A DNA stretch of 64,000 nucleotides from Pseudomonadota bacterium (GCA_043825875.1 JBDRRF010000057.1:24240-88239); one strand, 5' to 3'. Positions 49,646-60,762 are shown, counted from the first letter of the stretch. Program-made: numbers and translations. The notes: generated by a model not told the origin, from the letters alone.

Positions 49646-51745
49646 ATGCAAAATAACAGCCTTATTATAAATAATATTTCAAAATATATAAAAATCTCCT
49701 TAATTCTTAAATTAATCGGGGTATTACTATTTATTTCTTTAACTTTCCTGCCTGGCGTAGCATGGGTAAGTATATGCAATGCGGAAACAAAATCCACCGC
49801 TGACCTGACAGAGCTAAGTATCAGGGAGTTAATGGAAGTTGAAATTGAAATTACCACTGGTTCCAGAAAGAGCCAGACACTTGCAAATACCGCAGCAGCA
49901 GCTTTTGTTATCACACAGGAAGATATCAGACGCTCCGGCGTGACCAGTATTCCCGAAGCCCTGCGCATGGTTCCCGGATTGCAGGTTGCCCGAATAGACG
50001 CAAACAAGTGGGCCATATCATCTCGCGGATTTAACAGTCGCGTTTCCAATAAGCTGCTTGTGCTTATAGATGGGCGAACGGTTTACTCCCCTCTTTACAC
50101 TACTGTTTTCTGGGATATCCAGGATACCCTTCTTGAAGATATTGACAGAATAGAAGTAATCCGCGGGCCAGGCGCATCTTTATGGGGTGCGAATGCCGTA
50201 AACGGAGTTATAAATATCATCACCAAAAATACTAAAGATACAACCGGCGGGCTTGTAAGTGTGGGAGCCGGAAAGGAAGAAAGGGGCTTCGGAAGTTTTC
50301 GTTTCGGTGACAAGCTTGGCGAAAATGCGCACTACCGCATCTTTGGCAAATATGCCGACAGAGATGAATCCATATATTCATCAGGACGTGATGCCGCAGA
50401 TGACTGGGATATTTATACTTTAGGATTTCGAATGGATTGGAATCCAACAGAAACTGATTCCGTAATGTTTCAGGCAAATAATTCCAGTACGGATAGCGGC
50501 TCGGCAACAACTACCCCAAACTTGACACCGCCCTATTTAACAACTTTGGTAGAAGATAATCACAATGAGGACATAAACTTTCTTGTAAGATGGCAAAGTA
50601 TTTTTTCGAACACATCGGAAATGATTCTTCAGTTATATTATGACAGAACAAAACAAAATCTGTCTATAGTTGGCGAAACAAGAGATACATACGATCTGGA
50701 TTTTCAACACCGGATTTCCCCATTAAAAGATCATGAGATTATATGGGGACTCGGGTACCGGCTTACAAAAGATAATATAAAGCCTTCCTGCAATGTATCT
50801 ATTGATCCGAACAGTCGCACCGATGATCTTTTAAGTGCGTTTGTACAAGATGATATAAAAATATTTGAAGATTATCTGAGGTTAACCATTGGTGCAAAGT
50901 TTGAATACAATGATTATACAGGTTTTGAATTCCAGCCTAATATACGTGCACTATGGACACCTGATAAACAAAACTCTATATGGGCATCTTTTTCAAAGGC
51001 AATCAGAACACCTTCAAGAGCCGAAAGTAATGCAAGGGTTAATTTTTCTTTACTGCCCCCCGGTATTCCCCCAAACTCATCAGGGCTCCCCATGCTTCTA
51101 CAAAATATTCCCAATGATAATCTTAAATCCGAGATCCTATATGCCTATGAAATAGGCTACCGGAATCAGATAAGCGACTTAATTTCAATGGATATCACCG
51201 CTTTCTATAATAAATATAATAACCTCAGGTCAACCAATTTGGATTTTACGGCTGTATTTTTTGAATCTGATCCTCTTCCGTCTCATCTTGTAGCACCCAT
51301 ATTGCTTGACAACGATATTCATGGGCATACTTATGGCGTAGAAGTATATGGGCAATGGCAGCCTTTTGCATGGTGGAAAATCAAACCGGCTTATTCCTTT
51401 TTTAATATTAACCTTACAAAGTCTTCCGGAAGCTATTCTATTGAATCACTTGACAATGCAGCTCCAAGGCATCAACTATCTTTACGATCTAACATGGATC
51501 TTCCCATGAATCTTGAGCTTGACCTGTGGCTACGTACTGTTGACGATCTGCCGGTTATAAATATTGACGGATATTGTATGGTGGATGCCCGCTTAGGGTG
51601 GAAGCCCACTCAAAATCTTGAATTATCTCTTGCAGGACAAAATATTTTTGACAACCAGCACAAGGAGTTTAATGACTCAGTTCTGAATTTAGTTTCTACC
51701 GAGGTGGAGCGTACATATTATTTAAAGGTTACATGGCATTTTTAA
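49646..51745 (+). CDS. TonB-dependent receptor 1
   Basis: Plug motifs ALRMVPG, IDGR, IEVIRGP...GVINIIT; terminal WHF. Confidence 0.93.
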   Translation: MQNNSLIINNISKYIKISLILKLIGVLLFISLTFLPGVAWVSICNAETKSTADLTELSIRELMEVEIEITTGSRKSQTLANTAAAAFVITQEDIRRSGVTSIPEALRMVPGLQVARIDANKWAISSRGFNSRVSNKLLVLIDGRTVYSPLYTTVFWDIQDTLLEDIDRIEVIRGPGASLWGANAVNGVINIITKNTKDTTGGLVSVGAGKEERGFGSFRFGDKLGENAHYRIFGKYADRDESIYSSGRDAADDWDIYTLGFRMDWNPTETDSVMFQANNSSTDSGSATTTPNLTPPYLTTLVEDNHNEDINFLVRWQSIFSNTSEMILQLYYDRTKQNLSIVGETRDTYDLDFQHRISPLKDHEIIWGLGYRLTKDNIKPSCNVSIDPNSRTDDLLSAFVQDDIKIFEDYLRLTIGAKFEYNDYTGFEFQPNIRALWTPDKQNSIWASFSKAIRTPSRAESNARVNFSLLPPGIPPNSSGLPMLLQNIPNDNLKSEILYAYEIGYRNQISDLISMDITAFYNKYNNLRSTNLDFTAVFFESDPLPSHLVAPILLDNDIHGHTYGVEVYGQWQPFAWWKIKPAYSFFNINLTKSSGSYSIESLDNAAPRHQLSLRSNMDLPMNLELDLWLRTVDDLPVINIDGYCMVDARLGWKPTQNLELSLAGQNIFDNQHKEFNDSVLNLVSTEVERTYYLKVTWHF

Positions 51746-51795
51746 CAGGATATGCACCATATTTAAATATCGCAGCAGTTGTTACTTATAATATT

Positions 51796-52353
51796 ATGAA
51801 TAAAACTATAAAAAATATCCTCCGGATTATTTTGGTTCTGATGATATCCGTATTGATTCCGATATCGGAAAGCTATGGATCGGAATCATCAAAAATGGAA
51901 CCCAAACTGAAGGCGGCATTTATTTATAATTTTGCCAAATTTGTCGACTGGCCTGCCAAAGACAGTAAAGGCAAATCATCCCAACCTTTTGTAATAGGTG
52001 TACTTGGCAATGACCCCATAACCGAAGAACTTTTAGCTATTGAAGGAAAACTCATAAAGGGCAGAAAAATGCTTGTCAGAACACTGTCGGATGTTCAAGA
52101 CATAAAAGGAAGTCAAGTTATTTTCATAAGCGCTTCCAAGAAAAATAATCTTACTAGTATTTTGAATGCTATTAAAAACAAAGATATACTTACTATCAGC
52201 GATATGAATAATTTTGTTGATAACGGTGGAAACATTGGATTTGTCAGAATAGACAATAAGATACGTTTTGATATTAACTTAATAACAGCCAAAAAATCCA
52301 ATTTAAAAATCAGATCGGATCTTTTGTCGCTTGCAAGAAAAATTATAAATTGA
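51796..52353 (+). CDS. YfiR/DUF4154-family periplasmic protein
   Basis: Signal peptide, KAAFIYNFAKFVDWP, IRFDIN, LLSLA. Confidence 0.88.
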   Translation: MNKTIKNILRIILVLMISVLIPISESYGSESSKMEPKLKAAFIYNFAKFVDWPAKDSKGKSSQPFVIGVLGNDPITEELLAIEGKLIKGRKMLVRTLSDVQDIKGSQVIFISASKKNNLTSILNAIKNKDILTISDMNNFVDNGGNIGFVRIDNKIRFDINLITAKKSNLKIRSDLLSLARKIIN

Positions 52354-52445
52354 GGAGATAGTAAAAAGTTATCAAAATTTAGATAGAATCATAATTAGCT
52401 CAATTCTATCTTGAATTTACTATTTTTAAACCAAAAAGGTGCGTT

Positions 52446-54518
52446 ATGTTAAAAAATATTCTTCGTATGAGGAAGACAGGGGGTAATGCAAAATTTTACC
52501 CGATTATGAAATTCATCTTTGTTCTGCTATGTATTGCTTCAGCCTTGTTTCCCTGCACTGTACTGGTTGATACATGCTATGCACAAAGAGCCTCCTCCAC
52601 TGACCTGACCGAGCTAAGCATCCTGGACCTGATGGAAATCGAAATTACCACGGGTTCCAGAAAGAGCCAGAAACTTGCAAATACTGCCGCTGCCGCTTTT
52701 GTTATCACACAGGAAGATATCAGACGCTCCGGGGTAACCTCTATTGCCGAAGCTTTGCGTATGGTTCCCGGTTTACAGGTTGCCAAAATTGATGCAAACA
52801 AATGGGCCATATCATCACGCGGATTCAACAGCCGTTATGCAAATAAGCTGCTTGTACTGATGGATGGACGTTCGGTTTATTCTCCTCTTTATTCCGGTGT
52901 TTTCTGGGATGTTCAGGACACTGTTCTTGAAGATATCGACAGAATAGAAGTAATCCGTGGGCCCGGTGCTGCTTTGTGGGGAGCAAATGCGGTAAACGGT
53001 GTTATAAATATCATCACAAAAAGCACTCACGAAACAAAGGGTGGACTTGTAAGCGCCGGAGCAGGAAAGGAAGAAAGAGGTTTCGGGAATTTCCGCTTCG
53101 GAGATTCGCTTGGCGAAAATGCCAGCTACCGCATTTTTGGCAAATATACAGACAGAGATGAATCCAAATTAACATCGGGACGTGATGCTTCAGATGACTG
53201 GGATATTTATACATTTGGATTTAGAACGGATTGGAACCCAACGGCAACTGATTCTGTTTTGTTTGAAGGAAACCACTATCGTTCAGACGATGGACAAACA
53301 ATGACTCTTCCTGATATATCTCCACCATATTCGCAAACTTTTAATGAAGATGCCAAATCCGATGGCATAAACTTTCTTGCCAGCTGGGAACGGTACTTAT
53401 CAAACACATCGGATATGAAGCTACAGATATATTATGACAGATCGAAGATAGAACAAGCGGCACTTAAAAATATAACAGATACATACGACCTGGATTTTCA
53501 GCACCGCTTTTCTCCCCGGAATAAACATGAAATTATATGGGGCGTTGGATACCGGCTTATAAGCTTTGACACAACTTCCTCCCCCACTGTCATAGTTGAC
53601 CCTGAAAACCGCACAGATGACCTTTTAAGCGCATTTGTTCAAGATGATATCACAATAGTGAAAGATCATCTGAGACTGACTCTTGGCGCAAAGTTTGAAC
53701 ACAACGATTACAGCGGCTTTGAATTCCAGCCCAATATCCGGACACTCTGGACTCCTGATAAACAAAACTCCATATGGGCATCATTTTCAAGGGCGGTAAG
53801 AACCCCTGCAAGAATCGAACATGATGTGCGTACTAATTTATTTATGATTCCGCCCGGCACACCTCAAAATCCATCAGGTCTTCCAATGGTTATATCAAAT
53901 ATTGCTACCGGTGATTTCAAGCCGGAGGTCCTCTATGCCTATGAAATGGGGTATAGAAATCAGATAAGCAGTTCAGCTTCAATAGATATTGCGGCATTCT
54001 ACAACAGATATAAAAATCTTAGATCACATAATTATGATACCCCGTTTCCTGTGTTTACTTCCATTGTGCCTCATATTTTGCTGCCTGTCTCGATCGATAA
54101 CGATAATAACGGACACACATACGGCATGGAAGCATTTGCGGAAATAAAACCTTTTTCATGGTGGAAAATCAAACCGGCTTACTCCTTTATACATGTAAAC
54201 CTGTCGGAACCTGCAGAAGACTCTTCCGACGAAGCACCAAGACATCAATTCTCTTTTCAATCCAACATGGATCTTCCCATGAATCTTGAGCTTGATCTTT
54301 GGCTTCGTTATGTTGACGATCTTTCGGATTCGGATGTGGACAGCTACAGTATGATTGATGCCCGTTTAGGATGGAAGCCTTTTGAAAATCTTGAATTATC
54401 TCTTGTGGGGCAAAATATTTTTGACAGCCAGCACCAGGAATTTAAAGAAGACTATTTGAATTTTGCTACATACGAGGTGGAACGCACAGTATATATTAAG
54501 GCTACCTGGCATTTTTAA
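52446..54518 (+). CDS. TonB-dependent receptor 2
   Basis: Paralog of receptor 1; terminal WHF. Confidence 0.93.
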   Translation: MLKNILRMRKTGGNAKFYPIMKFIFVLLCIASALFPCTVLVDTCYAQRASSTDLTELSILDLMEIEITTGSRKSQKLANTAAAAFVITQEDIRRSGVTSIAEALRMVPGLQVAKIDANKWAISSRGFNSRYANKLLVLMDGRSVYSPLYSGVFWDVQDTVLEDIDRIEVIRGPGAALWGANAVNGVINIITKSTHETKGGLVSAGAGKEERGFGNFRFGDSLGENASYRIFGKYTDRDESKLTSGRDASDDWDIYTFGFRTDWNPTATDSVLFEGNHYRSDDGQTMTLPDISPPYSQTFNEDAKSDGINFLASWERYLSNTSDMKLQIYYDRSKIEQAALKNITDTYDLDFQHRFSPRNKHEIIWGVGYRLISFDTTSSPTVIVDPENRTDDLLSAFVQDDITIVKDHLRLTLGAKFEHNDYSGFEFQPNIRTLWTPDKQNSIWASFSRAVRTPARIEHDVRTNLFMIPPGTPQNPSGLPMVISNIATGDFKPEVLYAYEMGYRNQISSSASIDIAAFYNRYKNLRSHNYDTPFPVFTSIVPHILLPVSIDNDNNGHTYGMEAFAEIKPFSWWKIKPAYSFIHVNLSEPAEDSSDEAPRHQFSFQSNMDLPMNLELDLWLRYVDDLSDSDVDSYSMIDARLGWKPFENLELSLVGQNIFDSQHQEFKEDYLNFATYEVERTVYIKATWHF

Positions 54519-54524
54519 TAGTAT

Positions 54525-54585
54525 AAAAATGCTTGTCAGAACACTATCGGATGTTCCAGGCATAAAAGGAAATAATAACTATCAG
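54525..54585 (+). pseudogene. Internal yfiR scar
   Basis: AAAATGCTTGTCAGAACACTATCGGATGTTCCAGGCATAAAAGGA matches about 52065-52110. Confidence 0.8.
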
Positions 54586-54682
54586 GGAGAGGTGATAGCA
54601 AAAAGTTATCATAATTTTAATAGAATCATAATTAGCTCAATTCTATTTTAAATTTACTATTTTTAAACCAAAAAGGTGCGTT

Positions 54683-56776
54683 ATGTTAAAAAATATTCTT
54701 CGTATGAGGAAGACGGGGGGTAATGCAAAATTTTACCCGATTATGAAATTCATCTTTGTTCTGCTATGTATTGCTTCAGCCTTGTTTACCTGCACGGTAC
54801 TGGTCGATACATGCTATGCACAAAAAATATCATACACCGACCTTACCGAGCTAAGCATCCAGGACCTGATGGAAATCGAGATTACCACGGGTTCCAGAAA
54901 AAGCCAGAAACTTGCAAATACTGCCGCTGCCGCTTTTGTTATCACGCAGGAAGATATCAGGCGCTCCGGGGTAACCTCTATTGCCGAAGCTTTGCGTATG
55001 GTTCCAGGTTTGCAGGTTGCCAAAATTGATGCAAACAAATGGGCTATATCCTCCCGCGGCTTTAACGGGCATTATGCCAATAAGCTTCTTGTATTAATGG
55101 ATGGCCGTACTGTTTACACGCCTCTTTTTTCCGGGGTTTTCTGGGATATTCAGGATACTCCTTTGGAAGATATTGACAGAATAGAAGTAATCAGAGGACC
55201 CGGGGCAGCTTTATGGGGAGCAAATGCTGTAAACGGAGTTATTAACATAATCACAAAGAGCGCCCATGACACAAAAGGAGGGCTTGTCAGCGCGGGAGCA
55301 GGAAAGGAAGAAAGAGGTTTTGGAACTTTTCGTTACGGTGATTCAATTAACGAAAAGGCTTCCTACAGATTCTTTAGCAAATATTTTAACAGGGATGAAT
55401 CAAAAGTTTCATCGGGTCGTGATGCCACAGATGACTGGGATATTTATACATTAGGATTTCGAACGGATTGGAACCCGACAGCCACGGATTCTGTAATGTT
55501 TCAGGGAAATCACTTCCATGCTGATGAAAGCCAGTCGTATTCTTTTCCATCTCTGACTGCACCCTATTCATTTCCTGTTGATGAAGTCACTAAAACCGAT
55601 GGAGTAAACTTTCTTTATAGGTGGAACCATTTATTCTCAGACAAATCGGATATGACACTGCAACTATATTACGACAGAACAAGAATACAGCAAACAGTGG
55701 TTAGTGAAACAAGAGACACATATGATTTTGATTTTCAACATAGGTTTTTCCCCTGGGAAAAACACGAACTCATATGGGGCATAGGTTACCGGATTACAAG
55801 CGATAATATAAAATCTTCATACATGATATCTGTTGATCCTAAAAGCCGTACGGATGACCTATTAAGCACATTTGTACAAGATGATATCACAATAGTGGAA
55901 GATCATCTCCGGTTGACCCTTGGCGCAAAGTTTGAGTACAACGATTATAGTGGTTTTGAATTCCAGCCCAATATCCGAGCACTCTGGACCCCTAATAAAC
56001 AAAACTCCATTTGGGCATCATTTTCAAGGGCTGTAAGAACACCTTCAAGAGCTGAACATGATGCGCGTTTGAATATTCTTATGATTCCCCCTGGCTTACC
56101 TCCAAACATATCAGGCATGCCCATGACTATATCTAATATTCCAAACGATGATTTTAAATCTGAGACCCTCTATGCCTATGAAATCGGCTATCGCAATAAT
56201 ATAAGCGAAACAATTTCAATGGATATTACTGCTTTTTATAATAAATATAAAGATCTCAGGTCATATACAATTAATGCCGCCTCTACATTTTTAGAGCTTT
56301 CTCCTCTTCCGCCCCACCTGGTGTTACCTGCCACAATAGGTAACGATATTCATGGGCATACATATGGCATAGAAGTATCTACAGAATGGAATCCGATTTT
56401 GTGGTGGATGATTAAACCGGCTTACTCATTTTTACATATGAACCTGTCGGGATCTCCGGATGGCTTTACTAGTGGAACTTTTGACACCGCAGCTCCAAGA
56501 CATCAATTCTCCATAAGATCTTCTATGGATCTACCAATGGATATTGAGTTTGACCTGTGGCTTCGTTATGTTGACGATCTTCCGGTCATAAATATTGACG
56601 GATACTGCACGATGGATCTTCGCTTGGGATGGAAGCCTACTCAAAACATTGAATTATCTCTTGTAGGGCAGAATATTTTTGACAACCAACATCCTGAATT
56701 TCAGGAAGAACTTTTAAACTTAGATAGAACAGAAGTGGAACGTACTTTTTATCTTAAGGTAACCTGGCGTTTTTAG
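54683..56776 (+). CDS. TonB-dependent receptor 3
   Basis: Leader and N-terminus almost identical to receptor 2; terminal WRF. Confidence 0.93.
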   Translation: MLKNILRMRKTGGNAKFYPIMKFIFVLLCIASALFTCTVLVDTCYAQKISYTDLTELSIQDLMEIEITTGSRKSQKLANTAAAAFVITQEDIRRSGVTSIAEALRMVPGLQVAKIDANKWAISSRGFNGHYANKLLVLMDGRTVYTPLFSGVFWDIQDTPLEDIDRIEVIRGPGAALWGANAVNGVINIITKSAHDTKGGLVSAGAGKEERGFGTFRYGDSINEKASYRFFSKYFNRDESKVSSGRDATDDWDIYTLGFRTDWNPTATDSVMFQGNHFHADESQSYSFPSLTAPYSFPVDEVTKTDGVNFLYRWNHLFSDKSDMTLQLYYDRTRIQQTVVSETRDTYDFDFQHRFFPWEKHELIWGIGYRITSDNIKSSYMISVDPKSRTDDLLSTFVQDDITIVEDHLRLTLGAKFEYNDYSGFEFQPNIRALWTPNKQNSIWASFSRAVRTPSRAEHDARLNILMIPPGLPPNISGMPMTISNIPNDDFKSETLYAYEIGYRNNISETISMDITAFYNKYKDLRSYTINAASTFLELSPLPPHLVLPATIGNDIHGHTYGIEVSTEWNPILWWMIKPAYSFLHMNLSGSPDGFTSGTFDTAAPRHQFSIRSSMDLPMDIEFDLWLRYVDDLPVINIDGYCTMDLRLGWKPTQNIELSLVGQNIFDNQHPEFQEELLNLDRTEVERTFYLKVTWRF

Positions 56777-56848
56777 CAATATCCGTATGGTATTTTAATG
56801 ATTTTGCATAACCAATTTTAAATATTATAAGACATTACAACTAATAAT

Positions 56849-57409
56849 ATGGCTAATAAGGCAATAAAATATATCCTTTGGGTTATCCTGGTTCTGATGA
56901 TATCCGTATCAATCGCGATATCGGGAAGCTATGGATCAGAATCATCAAAAATGGAACCCAAACTGAAGGCGGCATTTATTTATAACTTCGCCAAATTTGT
57001 CGACTGGCCTGCCAAAAACAGTAAAGGTAAGTCATCCCAACCGTTTGTAATAGGCGTACTGGGCAATGACCCCATAACCGAAAAACTTTTAGCTATTGAA
57101 GGAAAACTCATAAAGGGCAGAAAAATGCTTGTCAGAACACTATCGAATGTTCAAGACATAAAAGGATGCCAAGTTATTTTTATAAGTGCTTCAGAGAAAA
57201 ATAATCTTACTAGTATTTTGAAAGCTCTTAAAAACAAAGATATACTTACGGTAAGCGATATGAATAATTTTGTTGATAATGGTGGAAACATTGGATTTGT
57301 CAGAATAGATAATAAGATACGTTTTGATATTAACTTAATAACAGCCGAGAAGTCCCATTTAAAAATCAGGTCGGATCTTTTGTCGCTTGCAAGAAGAATT
57401 ATAAATTGA
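56849..57409 (+). CDS. YfiR/DUF4154-family protein, copy 2
   Basis: Near-identical to 51796-52353. Confidence 0.88.
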   Translation: MANKAIKYILWVILVLMISVSIAISGSYGSESSKMEPKLKAAFIYNFAKFVDWPAKNSKGKSSQPFVIGVLGNDPITEKLLAIEGKLIKGRKMLVRTLSNVQDIKGCQVIFISASEKNNLTSILKALKNKDILTVSDMNNFVDNGGNIGFVRIDNKIRFDINLITAEKSHLKIRSDLLSLARRIIN

Positions 57410-57418
57410 GAATGTATT

Positions 57419-59521
57419 ATGCAAAATAATAGCCTGCTTATAAAAAAGACAGCAAAAGATATAAAAATTTCCTTGATTCTTAAATCCATCGGGATTTTGT
57501 TATTTATTTCTTTAACTTTTTTGCCCGGCATGGCATGGGTAAGTCTATGCAATGCGGGAACAATATCCACCGCTGAACTTACAGAGCTAAGTATCAGGGA
57601 GTTAATGGAAGTTGAAATTGAAATTACCTCAGCTTCCAGAAAAAGCCAGACACTTGCAAATACCTCCGCTGCTGCTTTTGTAATCACGCAGGAAGATATC
57701 AGACGCTCAGGGGTAACCAGTATACCAGAGGCTCTGCGCATGGTTCCCGGTTTGCAGGTTGCTAAAATTGATGCAAACAGGTGGGCCATATCATCGCGCG
57801 GATTCAACGGCCGTTTTTCCAATAAGCTGCTTGTGCTTATGGATGGCCGAACGGTTTACTCACCTCTTTACACCCTTGTTTACTGGAGTATTCAGGACAC
57901 CGTTCTCGAAGACATAGACAGAATAGAAGTAATCCGGGGGCCCGGTGCGGCTTTATGGGGTGCCAATGCTGTAAACGGCGTTATAAATATCATCACCAAA
58001 AACTCCAAAGATACAACCGGTGGGCTTATCAGCGCCGGAGCCGGAAAGGAAGAAAGAGGCTTTGGGAGTTTTCGTTTCGGTGATTCGCTTGGTAAGAATG
58101 CATACTACCGTATTTTTGGCAAATATGCCGACAGGGATGAATCCAAATTTATATCGGGACGTGACGCAGCAGATGACTGGGATGTTTATACTTTCGGATT
58201 TCAAACAGATTGGACTCCAACAATAATGGATTCCGTGATGTTTCAGGGAAGTAATAGTCGTGCAGATATTGGCCAGACAATCACTTTTCCATCCTTCACT
58301 CTGCCCTATTCAACAACTTATGAAGAAGATGAATTATACGATGGCGTAAACTTTCTTTTAAGGTGGAACAGGATTTTATCAAATACTTCAGATATGACTC
58401 TTCAGATATATTATGACAGGACAAAACAACAGCAAACAGTAATCAGCGAAACAAGAGATACATATGATCTGGATTTTCAGCACCGCTTTTTCCCCTGGTA
58501 TAACAATGAAGTGATATGGGGTTTCGGATACAGGCTTACAAGTGATAATATAAAATCTTCCTTAATAGTATCTGCTGATCCGGACAGTCGCACTGATGAT
58601 ATTTTAAGCGCATTTATCCAAGACGATATTACATTAGTGGAAGATCATCTCAGGCTGACTCTTGGCGCAAAGTTTGAACACAATGACTATAGCGGTTTTG
58701 AATTCCAGCCCAATATCCGGGCACTTTGGACTCCCGATAAACAAAACTCAATATGGGCGTCATGGTCAAGGGCGGTAAAAACGCCTTCACGAGGCCAACG
58801 TAATTTGCGTAATATCAAAGGGGTACTTCCCCCCGGTATTCCTCCAAACACATCAGGCTTTCCCATGATAATATCAAATACTATCAGTGATGATCTTGAT
58901 TCCGAAATTCTTTATGCTTACGAAATTGGGTATCGCAATCAGATAAATGAATCGCTTTCAACTGATATTGCTGTATTCTATAATAAATATGAAGACATCA
59001 GATCATATACTTTGGATTATACTGCTATATTTTTTGAACCTTCTCCTTCTCCACCACACCTTGTGTTACCCTTTGTTATTGGTAATGATGTTTATGGGCA
59101 CACATACGGAATGGAAGTATCTGCGGAATGGAAACCAGTATTATGGTGGAAAATCAAACCGGTTTACTCATTTTTGCATATGAATCTAAGGTCGAAAAAT
59201 GCAGAGCCATCTTTAACTAATGCTCTTGACACTGCGGTTCCAAGGCATCAGCTATCTTTTCGATCTAACATGGATCTTCCCATGAATCTGGAACTTGATC
59301 TTTGGCTTCGTTATGTGGATGAACTTTCTAATACTGATATTGATAGCTATTGTATGATAGATGCGCGTCTGGGCTGGAAGCCCACTCCAAGTATAGAATT
59401 ATCTCTTGCGGGACAAAATATTTTTGACGACAGACACCAGGAATTTAAAGAAACCTTTGTAAATTACAGTGAAACCGAGGTAGAACGCACATTTTATTTT
59501 AAGATTACATGGCGTTTTTAA
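57419..59521 (+). CDS. TonB-dependent receptor 4
   Basis: N-terminus of the receptor-1 type (MQNNSL); terminal WRF. Confidence 0.93.
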   Translation: MQNNSLLIKKTAKDIKISLILKSIGILLFISLTFLPGMAWVSLCNAGTISTAELTELSIRELMEVEIEITSASRKSQTLANTSAAAFVITQEDIRRSGVTSIPEALRMVPGLQVAKIDANRWAISSRGFNGRFSNKLLVLMDGRTVYSPLYTLVYWSIQDTVLEDIDRIEVIRGPGAALWGANAVNGVINIITKNSKDTTGGLISAGAGKEERGFGSFRFGDSLGKNAYYRIFGKYADRDESKFISGRDAADDWDVYTFGFQTDWTPTIMDSVMFQGSNSRADIGQTITFPSFTLPYSTTYEEDELYDGVNFLLRWNRILSNTSDMTLQIYYDRTKQQQTVISETRDTYDLDFQHRFFPWYNNEVIWGFGYRLTSDNIKSSLIVSADPDSRTDDILSAFIQDDITLVEDHLRLTLGAKFEHNDYSGFEFQPNIRALWTPDKQNSIWASWSRAVKTPSRGQRNLRNIKGVLPPGIPPNTSGFPMIISNTISDDLDSEILYAYEIGYRNQINESLSTDIAVFYNKYEDIRSYTLDYTAIFFEPSPSPPHLVLPFVIGNDVYGHTYGMEVSAEWKPVLWWKIKPVYSFLHMNLRSKNAEPSLTNALDTAVPRHQLSFRSNMDLPMNLELDLWLRYVDELSNTDIDSYCMIDARLGWKPTPSIELSLAGQNIFDDRHQEFKETFVNYSETEVERTFYFKITWRF

Positions 59522-59571
59522 CAGGATATGTACCATGTTTAAATATTGCAGCAGTTGCTACTCATAATTTG

Positions 59572-59856
59572 ATGATTGTCAGGCCATTATTGGACATTAA
59601 TAAAATAAAAGGATGCCAAGCTATTTTCATAAGCGCTTCAGAGAAAAATAATCTTAATAGTATTTTGAACGCTATTAAAAACAAAGAAATAGTTACTATC
59701 AGCGATATGAATAATTTTGTGGATAACGGTGGAAACATTGGATTTATCAGGATAGAAAATAAGATACGTTTTGATATTAACTTAATAACAGCCCAAAAAT
59801 CCCATTTGAAAATCAGATCGGATCTTTTGTCGCTGGCAAGAAGAATTATAAAATGA
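59572..59856 (+). pseudogene. N-terminally deleted yfiR
   Basis: Upstream DNA matches that of yfiR1, but signal peptide and the KAAFIYNF half are missing. Confidence 0.8.
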
Positions 59857-59988
59857 GAAGGTTTTCATTCCTTCAGCTTTATCTTTAAAAGACCTTCCTT
59901 TACCCTGATATCCTCAACACCATCAGAAAAAGTCTTCCAGAAGCCATCATTGTATTTAAAAGTGGGATTAAAGTTAATAATTGATTTT

Positions 59989-60762
59989 CTAATCACTTGA
60001 AATATGCGCATAAGCATTATGATTATGAATGGATTCAAAGTTTTCAGCACTTACGGAAAACCAGATTATGTTATCATCTTTTTTTATTTTTGCGGCAACA
60101 TCACGCACAATATCTTCAACAAACTTTGGATTGGAAAAAGCCCTTTCCGTTACACTTTTCTCATCTACCCGTTTTAAGACAGAAAAAACATCGCAGGAAG
60201 CTGAACTTTCAACAAGCTCTATCATATCTTCCATCCAGATAAATTTTTTAAACCTTGTAGAAAGCCTCACTTCTCCCCTTTGGTTGTGTGCTCCGATTTC
60301 GCTTATTTCCTTAGAACAGGGGCAAACAGATGATATTGGAACAATAACTTCAGATACGATATCGATTTTATCACTGGGATCACTTGATCCTATAATACGG
60401 CAGGTATAATCCATAAGGCCTGGAGCATTGCTTACCGGGGCTTTTTTTTCTATGAAATAAGGAAAAGTGACTTCGAGATGTGCTGATTCTGCATTCAGAT
60501 GTTTTTTCATCTGATTTAATATGGTCGCAATTTTTTTTAATGACACTTCGTCATGCAGGAATAGATGAAGGAGTTCCACAAAACGGCTCATGTGTGTCCC
60601 CTTATATTTATGGGGCAAATCAACGTACATGTTGATCGTAGCAACGGTATTCTGAACCCTGTTTTGCCTGTCAAGAACAGTAATTGGGTAACGAATGTTT
60701 TTTATACCAACCTTATTGATCGATATATTTCTGTAATCTCTCTGACCCTGTACATCTTTCAT
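59989..60762 (-). CDS. folE2: GTP cyclohydrolase IB
   Basis: KGTHMSRF, CPCSKEIS, AHNQR, FVED, ESIHNH. Confidence 0.95.
   Translation of the reverse strand: MKDVQGQRDYRNISINKVGIKNIRYPITVLDRQNRVQNTVATINMYVDLPHKYKGTHMSRFVELLHLFLHDEVSLKKIATILNQMKKHLNAESAHLEVTFPYFIEKKAPVSNAPGLMDYTCRIIGSSDPSDKIDIVSEVIVPISSVCPCSKEISEIGAHNQRGEVRLSTRFKKFIWMEDMIELVESSASCDVFSVLKRVDEKSVTERAFSNPKFVEDIVRDVAAKIKKDDNIIWFSVSAENFESIHNHNAYAHISSD

Noticed and set aside
57151..57822. Long antisense ORFs (also 49618-50049, 30527-31186, 22054-22611, 43272-43772)
   Set aside because: Shadows of well-supported genes; recurrence follows receptor paralogy
59865..60050. 61-aa ORF after folE2
   Set aside because: Start lies inside folE2; the tail might be a 3' gene remnant but I cannot assign it
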